A stretch of DNA of 58,875 nt from a virus (IMGVR_UViG_3300047272_000350:1-58875), one strand, 5' to 3'; positions 8,197 through 16,198 are shown, numbered from the stretch's first letter. The notes: generated from the letters alone by a model not told the origin. Numbers and translations are program-made.

Positions 8197-8472
8197 TTAG
8201 TTTAAAATTTCTTTAAGACTACTTGGATTGTCGTTTCTAAAAAAATCTACATAGATAGCAAATCTTTTATCTTCTTTTTTGAATAACTCTACTGCTTGAA
8301 TAGTGTCAAAATCATCTTCACTATTTAGGGGCAATACTAAAGAAGTTTTAGTATCAATCAATGTTACTACTTCTGCTTTGTCGTCTCTTAATTCATCAAC
8401 CATTATGGTTAGATAAAACTCTTGGTTATCAAAATCCTCGAACTTATTGTTCAATCTGTTAAAAATTTTCAT
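8197..8472 (-). CDS. hypothetical protein (91 aa)
   Basis: ORF track; TAACTAGT-ATG context. Confidence 0.8.
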   Translation of the reverse strand: MKIFNRLNNKFEDFDNQEFYLTIMVDELRDDKAEVVTLIDTKTSLVLPLNSEDDFDTIQAVELFKKEDKRFAIYVDFFRNDNPSSLKEILN

Positions 8473-8482
8473 ACTAGTTAAT

Positions 8483-8659
8483 TTAAAATATTTGTAGGGT
8501 TAAGGTATCCGATACCATGTACTCACAATTTGATAGGTTTATACCTCTTTCTGTACAATATTCGCTATCAAAAAAATCTTGTGCATCTTCGTACACATTT
8601 TCATCAAAGGGGAAGATAAAAACTTCTCCGGTACTAAAATCTAAAATTGTAATTTTCAT
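8483..8659 (-). CDS. hypothetical protein (58 aa, MKITILDFSTGEVFIFP...)
   Basis: Manual translation; TAACTAAT-ATG context; exactly fills the gap. Confidence 0.75.
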   Translation of the reverse strand: MKITILDFSTGEVFIFPFDENVYEDAQDFFDSEYCTERGINLSNCEYMVSDTLTLQIF

Positions 8660-8660
8660 A

Positions 8661-8978
8661 TTAGTTAGTTTGATTGTTATACCATTTTATAAACTCTACT
8701 ACTGCCTTGAATGTTGCTTGTAGTTTAGTTTGTTCTAGTTCGGAAATATAGTTGTTTGGAAATGGGGATATGTAACATACGTTTTCTCTTATCTCTACAC
8801 ATACTCCTAAACTCTCTACCTTTTCTACTACTTTCATTAAGCCGTTCCAATCTCCATTGGCTACAAAATCAAAATGTTTTGTCGTGGTTACTTTTGTATC
8901 TTTGTGGTAGGTTATACCTAAAGACTTGTGCCAACCTAAAAACTCTGCTATTAATCTGCAATCTTCTTGTCTGTCCAT
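8661..8978 (-). CDS. conserved phage hypothetical protein (LIAEFLGW...DWNGLMKVVEKVE)
   Basis: ORF track. Confidence 0.8.
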   Translation of the reverse strand: MDRQEDCRLIAEFLGWHKSLGITYHKDTKVTTTKHFDFVANGDWNGLMKVVEKVESLGVCVEIRENVCYISPFPNNYISELEQTKLQATFKAVVEFIKWYNNQTN

Positions 8979-8983
8979 ATTAG

Positions 8984-9310
8984 TTAGTCTAAAAGGTTCT
9001 CCATTAGTTCACATAAGTTAATTCGGTCTTGTACGCTAGATAGGTCGTGTATTCTAATTAAGTGTCTTACAAAACTTCCATCGCTTTCAACAACTAGGAT
9101 ACCCTCTTTAGTAACTCTCAATGGGTGTACATCAAATACGTTTCCGGTCATGTCGTTTCTTACCTCTAGGTAATCATCGGGGGCATCGTGTTCTAAATCT
9201 TCTTCTGCAAAGATAATAAACTCTTGTTGTTCTTCTAGCAACTCGGAGAAATATCTTGATACTTCAACTTCTAGGTTGTCTAAATCGTTGTTTAAAATTC
9301 TTGTGTTCAT
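8984..9310 (-). CDS. acidic hypothetical protein (108 aa)
   Basis: ORF track. Confidence 0.8.
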   Translation of the reverse strand: MNTRILNNDLDNLEVEVSRYFSELLEEQQEFIIFAEEDLEHDAPDDYLEVRNDMTGNVFDVHPLRVTKEGILVVESDGSFVRHLIRIHDLSSVQDRINLCELMENLLD

Positions 9311-9320
9311 ATTACTTAAT

Positions 9321-9464
9321 TTAAAATTCTACTTCAAAACTTAATACTCTGCATCGACTTTCGATTGCTTTCTTTGATGTGTTCTTGATACCTAAATACT
9401 CTGCCAAATCTTTTTGGTTATCAAAGTACTTACCTCTGCTGATTGATAGGTTTAGTCTTATCAT
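9321..9464 (-). CDS. small putative HTH protein (47 aa, YFDNQKDLAEYLGI)
   Basis: Manual translation; HTH-like LAEYLG. Confidence 0.6.
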   Translation of the reverse strand: MIRLNLSISRGKYFDNQKDLAEYLGIKNTSKKAIESRCRVLSFEVEF

Positions 9465-9483
9465 AATGTTTATACTATTTAAT

Positions 9484-9624
9484 TTAAATTAGTTCTATAA
9501 TTTCTGTTGTGTACTTCACATTTAGTATATCCATATCCGAACAAACTCTTTCAAAGTCTTGTCGATTAAACTTTACAAAGGATAACATACCCTTTACATA
9601 AATTCTGTACTCTGTTGTTGGCAT
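9484..9624 (-). CDS. hypothetical protein (46 aa, MPTTEYRIYVKG...)
   Basis: Manual translation; first ORF after a promoter. Confidence 0.6.
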   Translation of the reverse strand: MPTTEYRIYVKGMLSFVKFNRQDFERVCSDMDILNVKYTTEIIELI

Positions 9625-9648
9625 AACTTCTAGTTTTTAATGTTAAGT

Positions 9649-9700
9649 CAAAGGTAAGTAATTAAAATGTAACTACCAAACTTTTTTACAATTATTTTTA
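9649..9700 (-). promoter_or_regulatory. sigma70-type promoter (-7 TACCTTTG) with UP-like element
   Basis: Boxes 28 bp apart. Confidence 0.8.
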
Positions 9701-9733
9701 AAATATTTTTGGCATCAAAAAAAAGTACACTAG

Positions 9734-10024
9734 TTAATCTAAATCTGCTTGTACTTCTTCATACTGCAAACATAATGCTCTTACTTCTTTCAAAGTATCT
9801 AATGGCATATCTATATAAGATAGTCTATAAGTATCTACAATAGAATAGTTACTATCATATACAACCACTATTGCATGGTCTTGTCTAAACTCTTCTAGTA
9901 GACTAACTAGATTACCTCTTGTTTCTATACTAGGGGAAGTCTCTCCGTACACTTCTCCAATATCAAAGATACCATACCTTGATATAATACTCTGAATGTC
10001 TTGTATTACATGTTGCTTTTTCAT
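9734..10024 (-). CDS. hypothetical protein (96 aa)
   Basis: ORF track. Confidence 0.75.
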   Translation of the reverse strand: MKKQHVIQDIQSIISRYGIFDIGEVYGETSPSIETRGNLVSLLEEFRQDHAIVVVYDSNYSIVDTYRLSYIDMPLDTLKEVRALCLQYEEVQADLD

Positions 10025-10221
10025 ACTTTTTATCTTTTTTACTATATAGTAATAGCTAATCGTATTACCTAATTTAAACTACTGCAAAACTACCTCAAAT
10101 CATGGGAGGGGGCTATCCACCCCTTTAGAAACGTACACAATCTTTGAATTATTCTCAATAAACTGCTAACTTCGTTGCGAATTATTTATCTCCACTCCGA
10201 GCCGAGATGCGAATAATGTAA

Positions 10222-10422
10222 TTACCCCCCAAAAACTGCACTCAAATCTCTCTCTGCCATTTGAAGTGCTATCTTCTCCCTCTCCTTTCTCCCCAACTCT
10301 CTTGTTGTAGGTAGTGCTTTCCACGATATTTCTACTCCTTGAATGGTTACCCTAGTTTGTCCCCCTAGTACTGCACCTATGTATTGGTCTTTTAAGTGTT
10401 GTGGTATTTGGATTGTTCGCAT
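10222..10422 (-). CDS. hypothetical protein (66 aa)
   Basis: ORF track. Confidence 0.7.
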   Translation of the reverse strand: MRTIQIPQHLKDQYIGAVLGGQTRVTIQGVEISWKALPTTRELGRKEREKIALQMAERDLSAVFGG

Positions 10423-10428
10423 GTTGTA

Positions 10429-10644
10429 TTAGTTTGTCAATAGATTGATTAATAATTGTTTTGTTACTTCTATGTTCCCTCGATACTTCTCTATGGTTAG
10501 GTAGTCTAACCCCTCTTGATTGAATGTATCTTCTAGTACTTCTTGTTCTTCTTTACTTCCAGCATGATATACTTCTTCTATATCGTGTATGATTGCTTTT
10601 CTATTTAGAAACTCTATTGTTCCTACTACTATTGTATGTTTCAT
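10429..10644 (-). CDS. hypothetical protein (71 aa)
   Basis: ORF track. Confidence 0.75.
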   Translation of the reverse strand: MKHTIVVGTIEFLNRKAIIHDIEEVYHAGSKEEQEVLEDTFNQEGLDYLTIEKYRGNIEVTKQLLINLLTN

Positions 10645-10645
10645 C

Positions 10646-10975
10646 TTACTGCTCTATTAGATAATAAATTTGTCTAGCTTTGGCTGTTTTTTCTTCCCCC
10701 TCGAACTCACTCAAAATATCTATTGGTGTTGAGAAGTCTTGCTCTACATCGGGGTATTCTGCCAACCCTAGTATAACTTGGTTGTTATCTAGTACTGCAT
10801 GTACTAAAAATGGGTGCTTGTTTACATCGTCCTTGTAATATACTATACTATCTGTATTCATATCTTTTAGTTTGTGGCTTTTGTGGGGGAATAAAAATGT
10901 ACTAAAAACCCCCCCACTACTTGCCTTGTTTATATTAGTTAATCTGTTTCCAACTTCCGTTCCACTTCTCCCCAT
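10646..10975 (-). CDS. hypothetical protein (start may be internal, MNTDSIV)
   Basis: ORF track. Confidence 0.65.
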   Translation of the reverse strand: MGRSGTEVGNRLTNINKASSGGVFSTFLFPHKSHKLKDMNTDSIVYYKDDVNKHPFLVHAVLDNNQVILGLAEYPDVEQDFSTPIDILSEFEGEEKTAKARQIYYLIEQ

Positions 10976-11231
10976 TTAAATACCACTCAAAGTTCTTCTG
11001 CTGAATGTGTACGTTAGGTAAGCCGTTTAATCTTTCCTTTGTAGTGTTGCTATCCCAACCTGCATTGGATATACGCATTACTCCCCCTCTATCGTGTTCT
11101 AGGGTTGCAATTAAGTTACCAAACAAGTACATTTTAGATACTCCTTGTTCTGTTACTACTCTAGTGTTGTTGAATGTTGCGTTCCCACCATTACGGAAAC
11201 AAGTTACTGCTTTTTCTGTTACAATTTTCAT
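10935..11231 (-). CDS. conserved phage hypothetical protein (LFGNLIA...GWDSNTTKERLNGL)
   Basis: ORF track; sequence type recurrent in phages, from recall. Confidence 0.85.
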   Translation of the reverse strand: MKIVTEKAVTCFRNGGNATFNNTRVVTEQGVSKMYLFGNLIATLEHDRGGVMRISNAGWDSNTTKERLNGLPNVHIQQKNFEWYLNGEKWNGSWKQIN

Positions 11232-11266
11232 ATTGTTTAATTTAAAGTTTGGCTTAATTGCCTTTA

Positions 11267-11298
11267 CAAATATACTAATTAATTTTTTACTATCCTAA
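11267..11298 (-). promoter_or_regulatory. sigma70-type promoter (-7 TATATTTG, -33 TTAG)
   Basis: Exact -7 box; variant -33 box. Confidence 0.65.
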
Positions 11299-11359
11299 TT
11301 TTTTTTAATCTTTTTTATTTCCCCCCTCGCATACTACTACAAAGGGGGTAATAAACCTA

Positions 11360-11947
11360 CTATCTATACTCTACTTCTGTATTCTCTAGCAACTCCTCTA
11401 ATTGTTCTTGGGTAATATCCCCCAAATTTTCCGAATTGATATAGTCTATCATACCATTGGTTAAAAAGTCTGTACCATAAAAACCCCAACAACTATCCAC
11501 TTCATTATCCCACTCGTCTACTATCCTAAAACCATACACTTCTCCCTCTACATAATAGTTATACGTTTCTACTTCTGCATCTAGCAACTTGATTGCTTTC
11601 TCCCTTGTCTTTTGGGTAATAATCTTCCCCCCAAAATTGTCTAAAATAGTTTTCTTATTAACTACTATAAACCCTATCTGCCCACTATCCCAACGGCAAC
11701 TAAACGGACTAGTGCTTATACTTACTGCTGAATGGTCGTATAGGTACAAAGGTAGAATGATTGCACCCTTGCCTTCATCTGTTAGGATTGCTTTCTCCAT
11801 TTCTTCCCACCCCGAATAATCATCTGCATTGTAATTGTGTTTATCCCCCAAATCATAACGACCATGGAAACAAATCATCTTTCCGAAATTATCCCACTCT
11901 CTAGGACTTTCTGCACTGCTATCGTGTATTATTTTTAATGTGTTCAT
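11360..11947 (-). CDS. conserved phage early protein (SPREWDN...LPLYLYDHS...WDSGQIGF)
   Basis: ORF track; conserved-looking motifs; function unknown. Confidence 0.85.
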   Translation of the reverse strand: MNTLKIIHDSSAESPREWDNFGKMICFHGRYDLGDKHNYNADDYSGWEEMEKAILTDEGKGAIILPLYLYDHSAVSISTSPFSCRWDSGQIGFIVVNKKTILDNFGGKIITQKTREKAIKLLDAEVETYNYYVEGEVYGFRIVDEWDNEVDSCWGFYGTDFLTNGMIDYINSENLGDITQEQLEELLENTEVEYR

Positions 11948-11957
11948 ATTAGTTAAT

Positions 11958-12119
11958 TTATTGGTTAATACTTGTTTCTTGTACGCTTTCTGTAACGTAC
12001 ATATTACTTTCTTTTGCTTTCTGTTCTAGCATTGGCAAACAAGCCATATATAAATCTTCACTGCTAAAGATTGCTACTAGTTCTGCATGTGTTCCACTTT
12101 CAAAATAAACGTAAATCAT
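11958..12119 (-). CDS. hypothetical protein (53 aa, MIYVYFESGTHAELVAIF...)
   Basis: Manual translation; first ORF after a promoter. Confidence 0.7.
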   Translation of the reverse strand: MIYVYFESGTHAELVAIFSSEDLYMACLPMLEQKAKESNMYVTESVQETSINQ

Positions 12120-12144
12120 AATGTTGTTGTTTTAAATTGTTATA

Positions 12145-12195
12145 CAAATATAATACTTATTTTTGATACTGCAAAACTTTTTTGCAATTATTTTT
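12145..12195 (-). promoter_or_regulatory. sigma70-type promoter (-7 TATATTTG) with UP-like element
   Basis: Boxes 27 bp apart. Confidence 0.8.
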
Positions 12196-12538
12196 AAAAT
12201 CTTTCAAAGTAGTTAATATTAAAGTCAAACTTCTCCCCCTTATAGTTATGGTTGAATACCATATAACCTACTCCATTAAGCATATACGCTATTGCATCTT
12301 GGTTGAATTTTCTACATAAACCTTTCAATAATGAATTAAGTAGTTTATCGTTGTTCTGTTTCAATTCTATTCTAGCAACATACGTTTCTTCACTTCCCCA
12401 ATCCCCTACTGCATTAACTAATTTAAAGTCGTGCTTACCTAAAAGTCCTTGGATAGTGTTATCAATATCTGTTACATTATTAGGTTGGTTATCTGTATTC
12501 CTTAATAACCCCATATTTAATTCAAGTGTAGTTTTCAT
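12194..12538 (-). CDS. hypothetical protein (114 aa)
   Basis: ORF track. Confidence 0.8.
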   Translation of the reverse strand: MKTTLELNMGLLRNTDNQPNNVTDIDNTIQGLLGKHDFKLVNAVGDWGSEETYVARIELKQNNDKLLNSLLKGLCRKFNQDAIAYMLNGVGYMVFNHNYKGEKFDFNINYFERF

Positions 12539-12579
12539 ATTATATAATTTAAAGTAACTGCTTTGTTACAATCACAAGG

Positions 12580-12611
12580 CAAATATACGGCACTAGTTTT
12601 GATTATGCAAA
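12580..12611 (-). promoter_or_regulatory. sigma70-type promoter (-7 TATATTTG)
   Basis: Boxes 28 bp apart. Confidence 0.8.
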
Positions 12612-12666
12612 CTTTTTTTAATAAACTTATCAACATAATTTTGTTAATAACTTTCTACTTTTTTTC

Positions 12667-12697
12667 TTGACTAGTACAAAATTTTGTCGTATCTTTG
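12667..12697 (+). promoter_or_regulatory. plus-strand sigma70-type promoter (TTG...TATCTTTG) with no downstream ORF
   Basis: TTG at 12667-69 and TATCTTTG at 12690-97. Confidence 0.65.
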
Positions 12698-12703
12698 TAT
12701 TAG

Positions 12704-12900
12704 AAAATTGCCAGAGTTATGCAATTCGGGGGTTCGTGTTTTTTTCCACACGCATAGGGTAGACTCCAACGCACCCCCCACCCACCCCCCGATTTCGCTA
12801 TAAGGCAGGACGGAGTCTACTCTTTCGGTTCTATTTCAAAACCCCACCCTTTGTCAAATCCTTATCCCTATGTATTCTATCTATCCATATCGTTCCCTCT
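12704..12900. ncRNA. GC-rich structured non-coding element between convergent promoters
   Basis: 11-bp stem 12757-67/12812-22; potential pseudoknot 12728-37/12769-78; 5' hairpin AATTGC...GCAATT; no credible ORF. Confidence 0.5.
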
Positions 12901-12910
12901 TATTGTTATA

Positions 12911-12942
12911 CAAATATACGACAAAAAAATAACACTACCAAA
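12911..12942 (-). promoter_or_regulatory. sigma70-type promoter (-7 TATATTTG)
   Basis: Boxes 28 bp apart; fires into the non-coding element. Confidence 0.75.
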
Positions 12943-12959
12943 CGATAGTGCTATTATTT

Positions 12960-13139
12960 TTAAACTTTTTTTCTTAATTTTAATTCCTTGAGTACACTAG
13001 CAATTAAGTCTTGTACCTCGAACTCGCTTTGGTCGTCTGTATCCGTACAATCGGGTACATACCCCAATTCAATTAGCCTATTGGTTATAGTTATACCAAT
13101 ATCTTGTCTCTCGTCCTTGTCTAATTTTCTAGTTTTCAT
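12960..13139 (-). CDS. hypothetical protein (start MKTRKLDK at 13139)
   Basis: TAACTAAT-ATG context. Confidence 0.7.
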   Translation of the reverse strand: MKTRKLDKDERQDIGITITNRLIELGYVPDCTDTDDQSEFEVQDLIASVLKELKLRKKV

Positions 13140-13149
13140 ATTAGTTAGT

Positions 13150-13368
13150 TTAATACATTTCAAATTGTGGATAGTTTTTATCTAAGTATTTGTTTAGTCT
13201 ATCCTCGTTTCTAAACCTCTTTACCCCCAACTTATCCGACCACGAATTTTGATAGGTATACTCTTTGACTATCGCTATGTATCCCCCTTTGAATACTTTG
13301 CCTTCATCGGCTAGTAATAACGTGTTATCCGTTAGTACGTTTTCTCTTAAGATAAATTCTCTTGCCAT
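13150..13368 (-). CDS. hypothetical protein (start MAREFILR at 13368)
   Basis: CAACTAAT-ATG context downstream of a promoter. Confidence 0.75.
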   Translation of the reverse strand: MAREFILRENVLTDNTLLLADEGKVFKGGYIAIVKEYTYQNSWSDKLGVKRFRNEDRLNKYLDKNYPQFEMY

Positions 13369-13403
13369 ATTAGTTGATTTAAAGTTTAGCAATATTGCCA
13401 ATA

Positions 13404-13435
13404 CAAATATACAAATAAGTTTTTAATCTACCAAA
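13404..13435 (-). promoter_or_regulatory. sigma70-type promoter (-7 TATATTTG)
   Basis: Boxes 28 bp apart. Confidence 0.8.
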
Positions 13436-13446
13436 TTTTTTGGCAT

Positions 13447-13476
13447 AAAAAAAGGGGAAACTTTCGTCCCCCCTAA
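13447..13476 (-). terminator. intrinsic terminator
   Basis: GGGGGGAC-GAAA-GTTTCCCC followed by U7. Confidence 0.7.
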
Positions 13477-13491
13477 TTTACATTAGTTAAT

Positions 13492-13665
13492 TCATACTGA
13501 CCTTTTATCTAATATAAGCGATACCGCCCCTATACAACCGAATAATAAAAATGTGTAAAGGCTTAACATTAATTGATTATGTCCGTCAGCTACAAAGATA
13601 CTGATAAACCCTATGACTTGTCCCACAAGTGCAATAGATGAAATAATAAGATTTGACTTTTTCAT
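13492..13665 (-). CDS. small two-TM membrane protein (57 aa, MKKSNLIISSIALVG...)
   Basis: ATG at 13665; two hydrophobic helices. Confidence 0.7.
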   Translation of the reverse strand: MKKSNLIISSIALVGQVIGFISIFVADGHNQLMLSLYTFLLFGCIGAVSLILDKRSV

Positions 13666-13675
13666 ACTAGATAAT

Positions 13676-13804
13676 TTAAACGTGTCTATGTGTTGACCAA
13701 TATCTTCTTTGTTGCTTGCATCTACTAGCACAACTAGAGACTAACATAGATGTCATTAAAATAAGATAGATAATAAAAACTGCATAACTTTTTCGATTTT
13801 TCAT
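13676..13804 (-). CDS. 42-aa putative lipoprotein (MKNRKSYAVFIIYLILMTSMLVSS-C-ASRCKQQRRYWSTHRHV)
   Basis: Manual translation; basic N-region, hydrophobic core, lipobox-like VSSC. Confidence 0.6.
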   Translation of the reverse strand: MKNRKSYAVFIIYLILMTSMLVSSCASRCKQQRRYWSTHRHV

Positions 13805-13824
13805 AATGATTGATTTTATATTAA

Positions 13825-13983
13825 TTAATTTAAACATACTTTTCCGTATAGGTCTATCCCATACACTTGATATAAACTAGTGTATAGATTAGCTAGAGTA
13901 ACCCCTAACAATTCTCCTATAATTTTTTTGTCCTTGATGATAACGGCTTTGAAACCAAAGTCCAATAATTCTATTTGTACCAT
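13825..13983 (-). CDS. hypothetical protein (52 aa)
   Basis: Manual translation. Confidence 0.55.
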   Translation of the reverse strand: MVQIELLDFGFKAVIIKDKKIIGELLGVTLANLYTSLYQVYGIDLYGKVCLN

Positions 13984-14071
13984 AGGTATTATTTTTTTAA
14001 TGATCTTAATACTATTATTGCTATAATAGTTATTGTAGCATATATGCCCATATAATTAGTTGATTAGATTG

Positions 14072-14103
14072 CAAAGATATAAAAAAGATTTGATATAAAC
14101 AAA
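14072..14103 (-). promoter_or_regulatory. sigma70-type promoter (-7 TATCTTTG)
   Basis: Boxes 28 bp apart. Confidence 0.7.
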
Positions 14104-14132
14104 AAAATAAGGGGGATTTTATACCCCCCTAT
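14101..14132 (-). terminator. intrinsic terminator after the DUF932-like gene
   Basis: AGGGGGG-TATAAAAT-CCCCCTT followed by a U-rich tail. Confidence 0.7.
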
Positions 14133-14137
14133 TTAGA

Positions 14138-15019
14138 TTAGTAAACCATTTCTAAGGCTACTTTTTGTGCTAAGTCGTTTAGCTTAAGACCACCACCTAC
14201 TAGTAGGTAATCATTTCTATCATCGGTTCTAGCAACGTGGTTGGTGTAATGGGTAATACCATTAACTAGTCCCCATAGTGTAGAGCCGGTTCTACTAAAC
14301 TCTAGTGCAATACTTTCTTGAACATTGTTCAAAATATTTTGCTTAGCCGTACCTAACTCGCTACGAATAGCCTCGTTGTAGCCTATTGTCTTCATCAAAA
14401 ACTCGTCAACTTTAGATTGGTTAACTTGAACTTTATCTAGCTTTCTAAGATAAGCCTCGAAGTCGTTGATTTGGTCTGTAGCCTTAGCAACATCATAACA
14501 AAGTGATGAAGCCTTTCCAACATTACCTTTGGTATTCTTGAAAGAAACAGCGAACTCAGTACGCCACGCTTTCATTCCATTGGCACAAACCATTCTGTAA
14601 CAGCTAATAAATAAGCTAGTCTTAGTCAAGCCGTCAAAACCTGTAGATAAGTTAAGTTTAACTATCATTTCGTCTTGCTCGCCTTTCAAGTTTTTGAAGC
14701 CGATAGTCTTGATAGGTGCTTCAAACACTATCTTTTTACCGCCTTTCAATTCCATGTATTTAACATCTTGCATCTTAGCATCAGTATCATATAAGCAATT
14801 CTCAAACTCGTCAAACAACAGCTTAGGTTGTGTTGGTGTAAAGTCTTTACCTACAACTCCTAGAGGTATACCGCCTTTTTTCTTGTATGTGCCAAAACTA
14901 TCGGGGTTAATAAACTTCTTATTTGTGGTTACTAGCGGTACTTTTACCACATCAAATAATTGTTTTTTGATAGCTAAGATGTTTTTGTTTCCGTTCTGTA
15001 GGTCTTTTAAAATTTCCAT
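14138..15019 (-). CDS. DUF932/DUF945-family phage protein
   Basis: STGFDG...RMVCANG and TLWGLVNGITHYTNH motifs. Confidence 0.8.
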   Translation of the reverse strand: MEILKDLQNGNKNILAIKKQLFDVVKVPLVTTNKKFINPDSFGTYKKKGGIPLGVVGKDFTPTQPKLLFDEFENCLYDTDAKMQDVKYMELKGGKKIVFEAPIKTIGFKNLKGEQDEMIVKLNLSTGFDGLTKTSLFISCYRMVCANGMKAWRTEFAVSFKNTKGNVGKASSLCYDVAKATDQINDFEAYLRKLDKVQVNQSKVDEFLMKTIGYNEAIRSELGTAKQNILNNVQESIALEFSRTGSTLWGLVNGITHYTNHVARTDDRNDYLLVGGGLKLNDLAQKVALEMVY

Positions 15020-15146
15020 GTTTGTAAGTATTAATTAGTTAGTATAAAAATCTAGTTAGAAAATAAAGTGCCGCAATAATACAAGCGATTATTTGAGGTC
15101 TTTGGTGCTGTAAAAAGTATTTTAAATATTTCATGATAAAGATATT

Positions 15147-15168
15147 AAAGCCCCCTTTCGAGGGCTTG
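15147..15168 (-). terminator. probable terminator hairpin
   Basis: AAGCCC...GGGCTT hairpin after the stop of 15174..15503; weak U tail. Confidence 0.45.
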
Positions 15169-15173
15169 ATTAA

Positions 15174-15503
15174 TTAATTTGCAACTTGGTACTCGTAACT
15201 TCTTTTAGATAACATTATCTTACCGCCACTAGTGTAGTAAGGTCTGTTATGCTCGTCAAACTCTACCGCCTTGATGTCACAATCAATGATATAGCCTTGA
15301 CTTTCTAAGTAAGTAGTCAAACAACTAGGGCAACCTATTGTTTCATGGTTCTGAATGTTAGCCCAATTACTAGCTAACATTGGAGTTCCGCAAAGGGTTA
15401 CACCATTAAAACTACCACTTTCAGCGATATGTGTTTCATTACTCCAAACCACACCTTTATTACCATAGTGATAAAAAGGATTTTTTAAATTACTTGCTTT
15501 CAT
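15174..15503 (-). CDS. hypothetical Zn-binding protein; first gene of the leftward early block
   Basis: H...TLCG...CPSC. Confidence 0.75.
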   Translation of the reverse strand: MKASNLKNPFYHYGNKGVVWSNETHIAESGSFNGVTLCGTPMLASNWANIQNHETIGCPSCLTTYLESQGYIIDCDIKAVEFDEHNRPYYTSGGKIMLSKRSYEYQVAN

Positions 15504-15605
15504 AAGCCATAAGTATTAAAAGATAGCAACCACTTCTGTAGGTAGGTTGCAACACCTTAAGGACAAAATTTCAATGAACAAATAACTACGTCATTAATTC
15601 TTTCA

Positions 15606-15636
15606 CAAAGATACAATTAAGTTTTGAATAAACTAA
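15606..15636 (-). promoter_or_regulatory. sigma70-type promoter (-7 TATCTTTG)
   Basis: Exact -7 box; TTAG at the -33 position. Confidence 0.6.
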
Positions 15637-15659
15637 TATAAAGTTAATTATTTTTACAT

Positions 15660-16190
15660 GGTGCATGAAATTTATAATCATTCTAAATAAGGTATTATAA
15701 TACTATATAGTACATGGTAGCAATACAGCCCCAAAATCAATTAGAGGCGATTTGCGACACGATAATATCAATTAGGTATCTTAGTGCCACTTAGTAGGAG
15801 AAAGTCGCTTAAACAAAAAATACTAGTAAAATCGTACCCCTGTAATTGAAACTTAATACACAAATATTTTTGTATAAAGTTTTGAACAATTATATTATTT
15901 ATAACTAGTCTAGATAAGCTAGGCTAAAAACTAGCTAGGCACCTACTACACTACTTTAGTACTATAGAGTAACCTTATAGCTTAGTAGTATACTATAGAC
16001 AAAAAGAATAAAAAAAGCTAGGAAAATCCAAAACTCCTAGGCTTCGATTTAAGGCAAAAACTTTTTTGTATAGTACTATAGGGGGGGTAGGGTAAATCTC
16101 CCAAAAATTTCGGGGGCTTTTTCCTATGGTGGATAGGGTGTCCCCCACATAAAATTCATTTTTATAAGGTGGGGGGGGTGTTAAAAAAAG
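15660..16190. other. long non-coding locus with palindromes and G-tracts; candidate genome terminus/packaging region
   Basis: No ORF; palindromes at 15670-88, 15692-703, 15701-12 and 16069-80; G7 at 16081 and G8 at 16171; coincides with the GATC boundary. Confidence 0.45.
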
Positions 16191-16198
16191 TTAATATA

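Noticed and set aside
10025-10221. 200-bp gap in the early block with a GGGG/CCCC hairpin at about 10104-10123
   Set aside because: Only one short hairpin, with no promoter box, U-tract or ORF to give it a role; too weak to call
4730-13435. Repeated junction and promoter motifs as a CRISPR or TIGR-like array
   Set aside because: The repeats are separated by whole genes with irregular spacing, not by fixed-length spacers, and no Cas or Nop-domain gene was recognised
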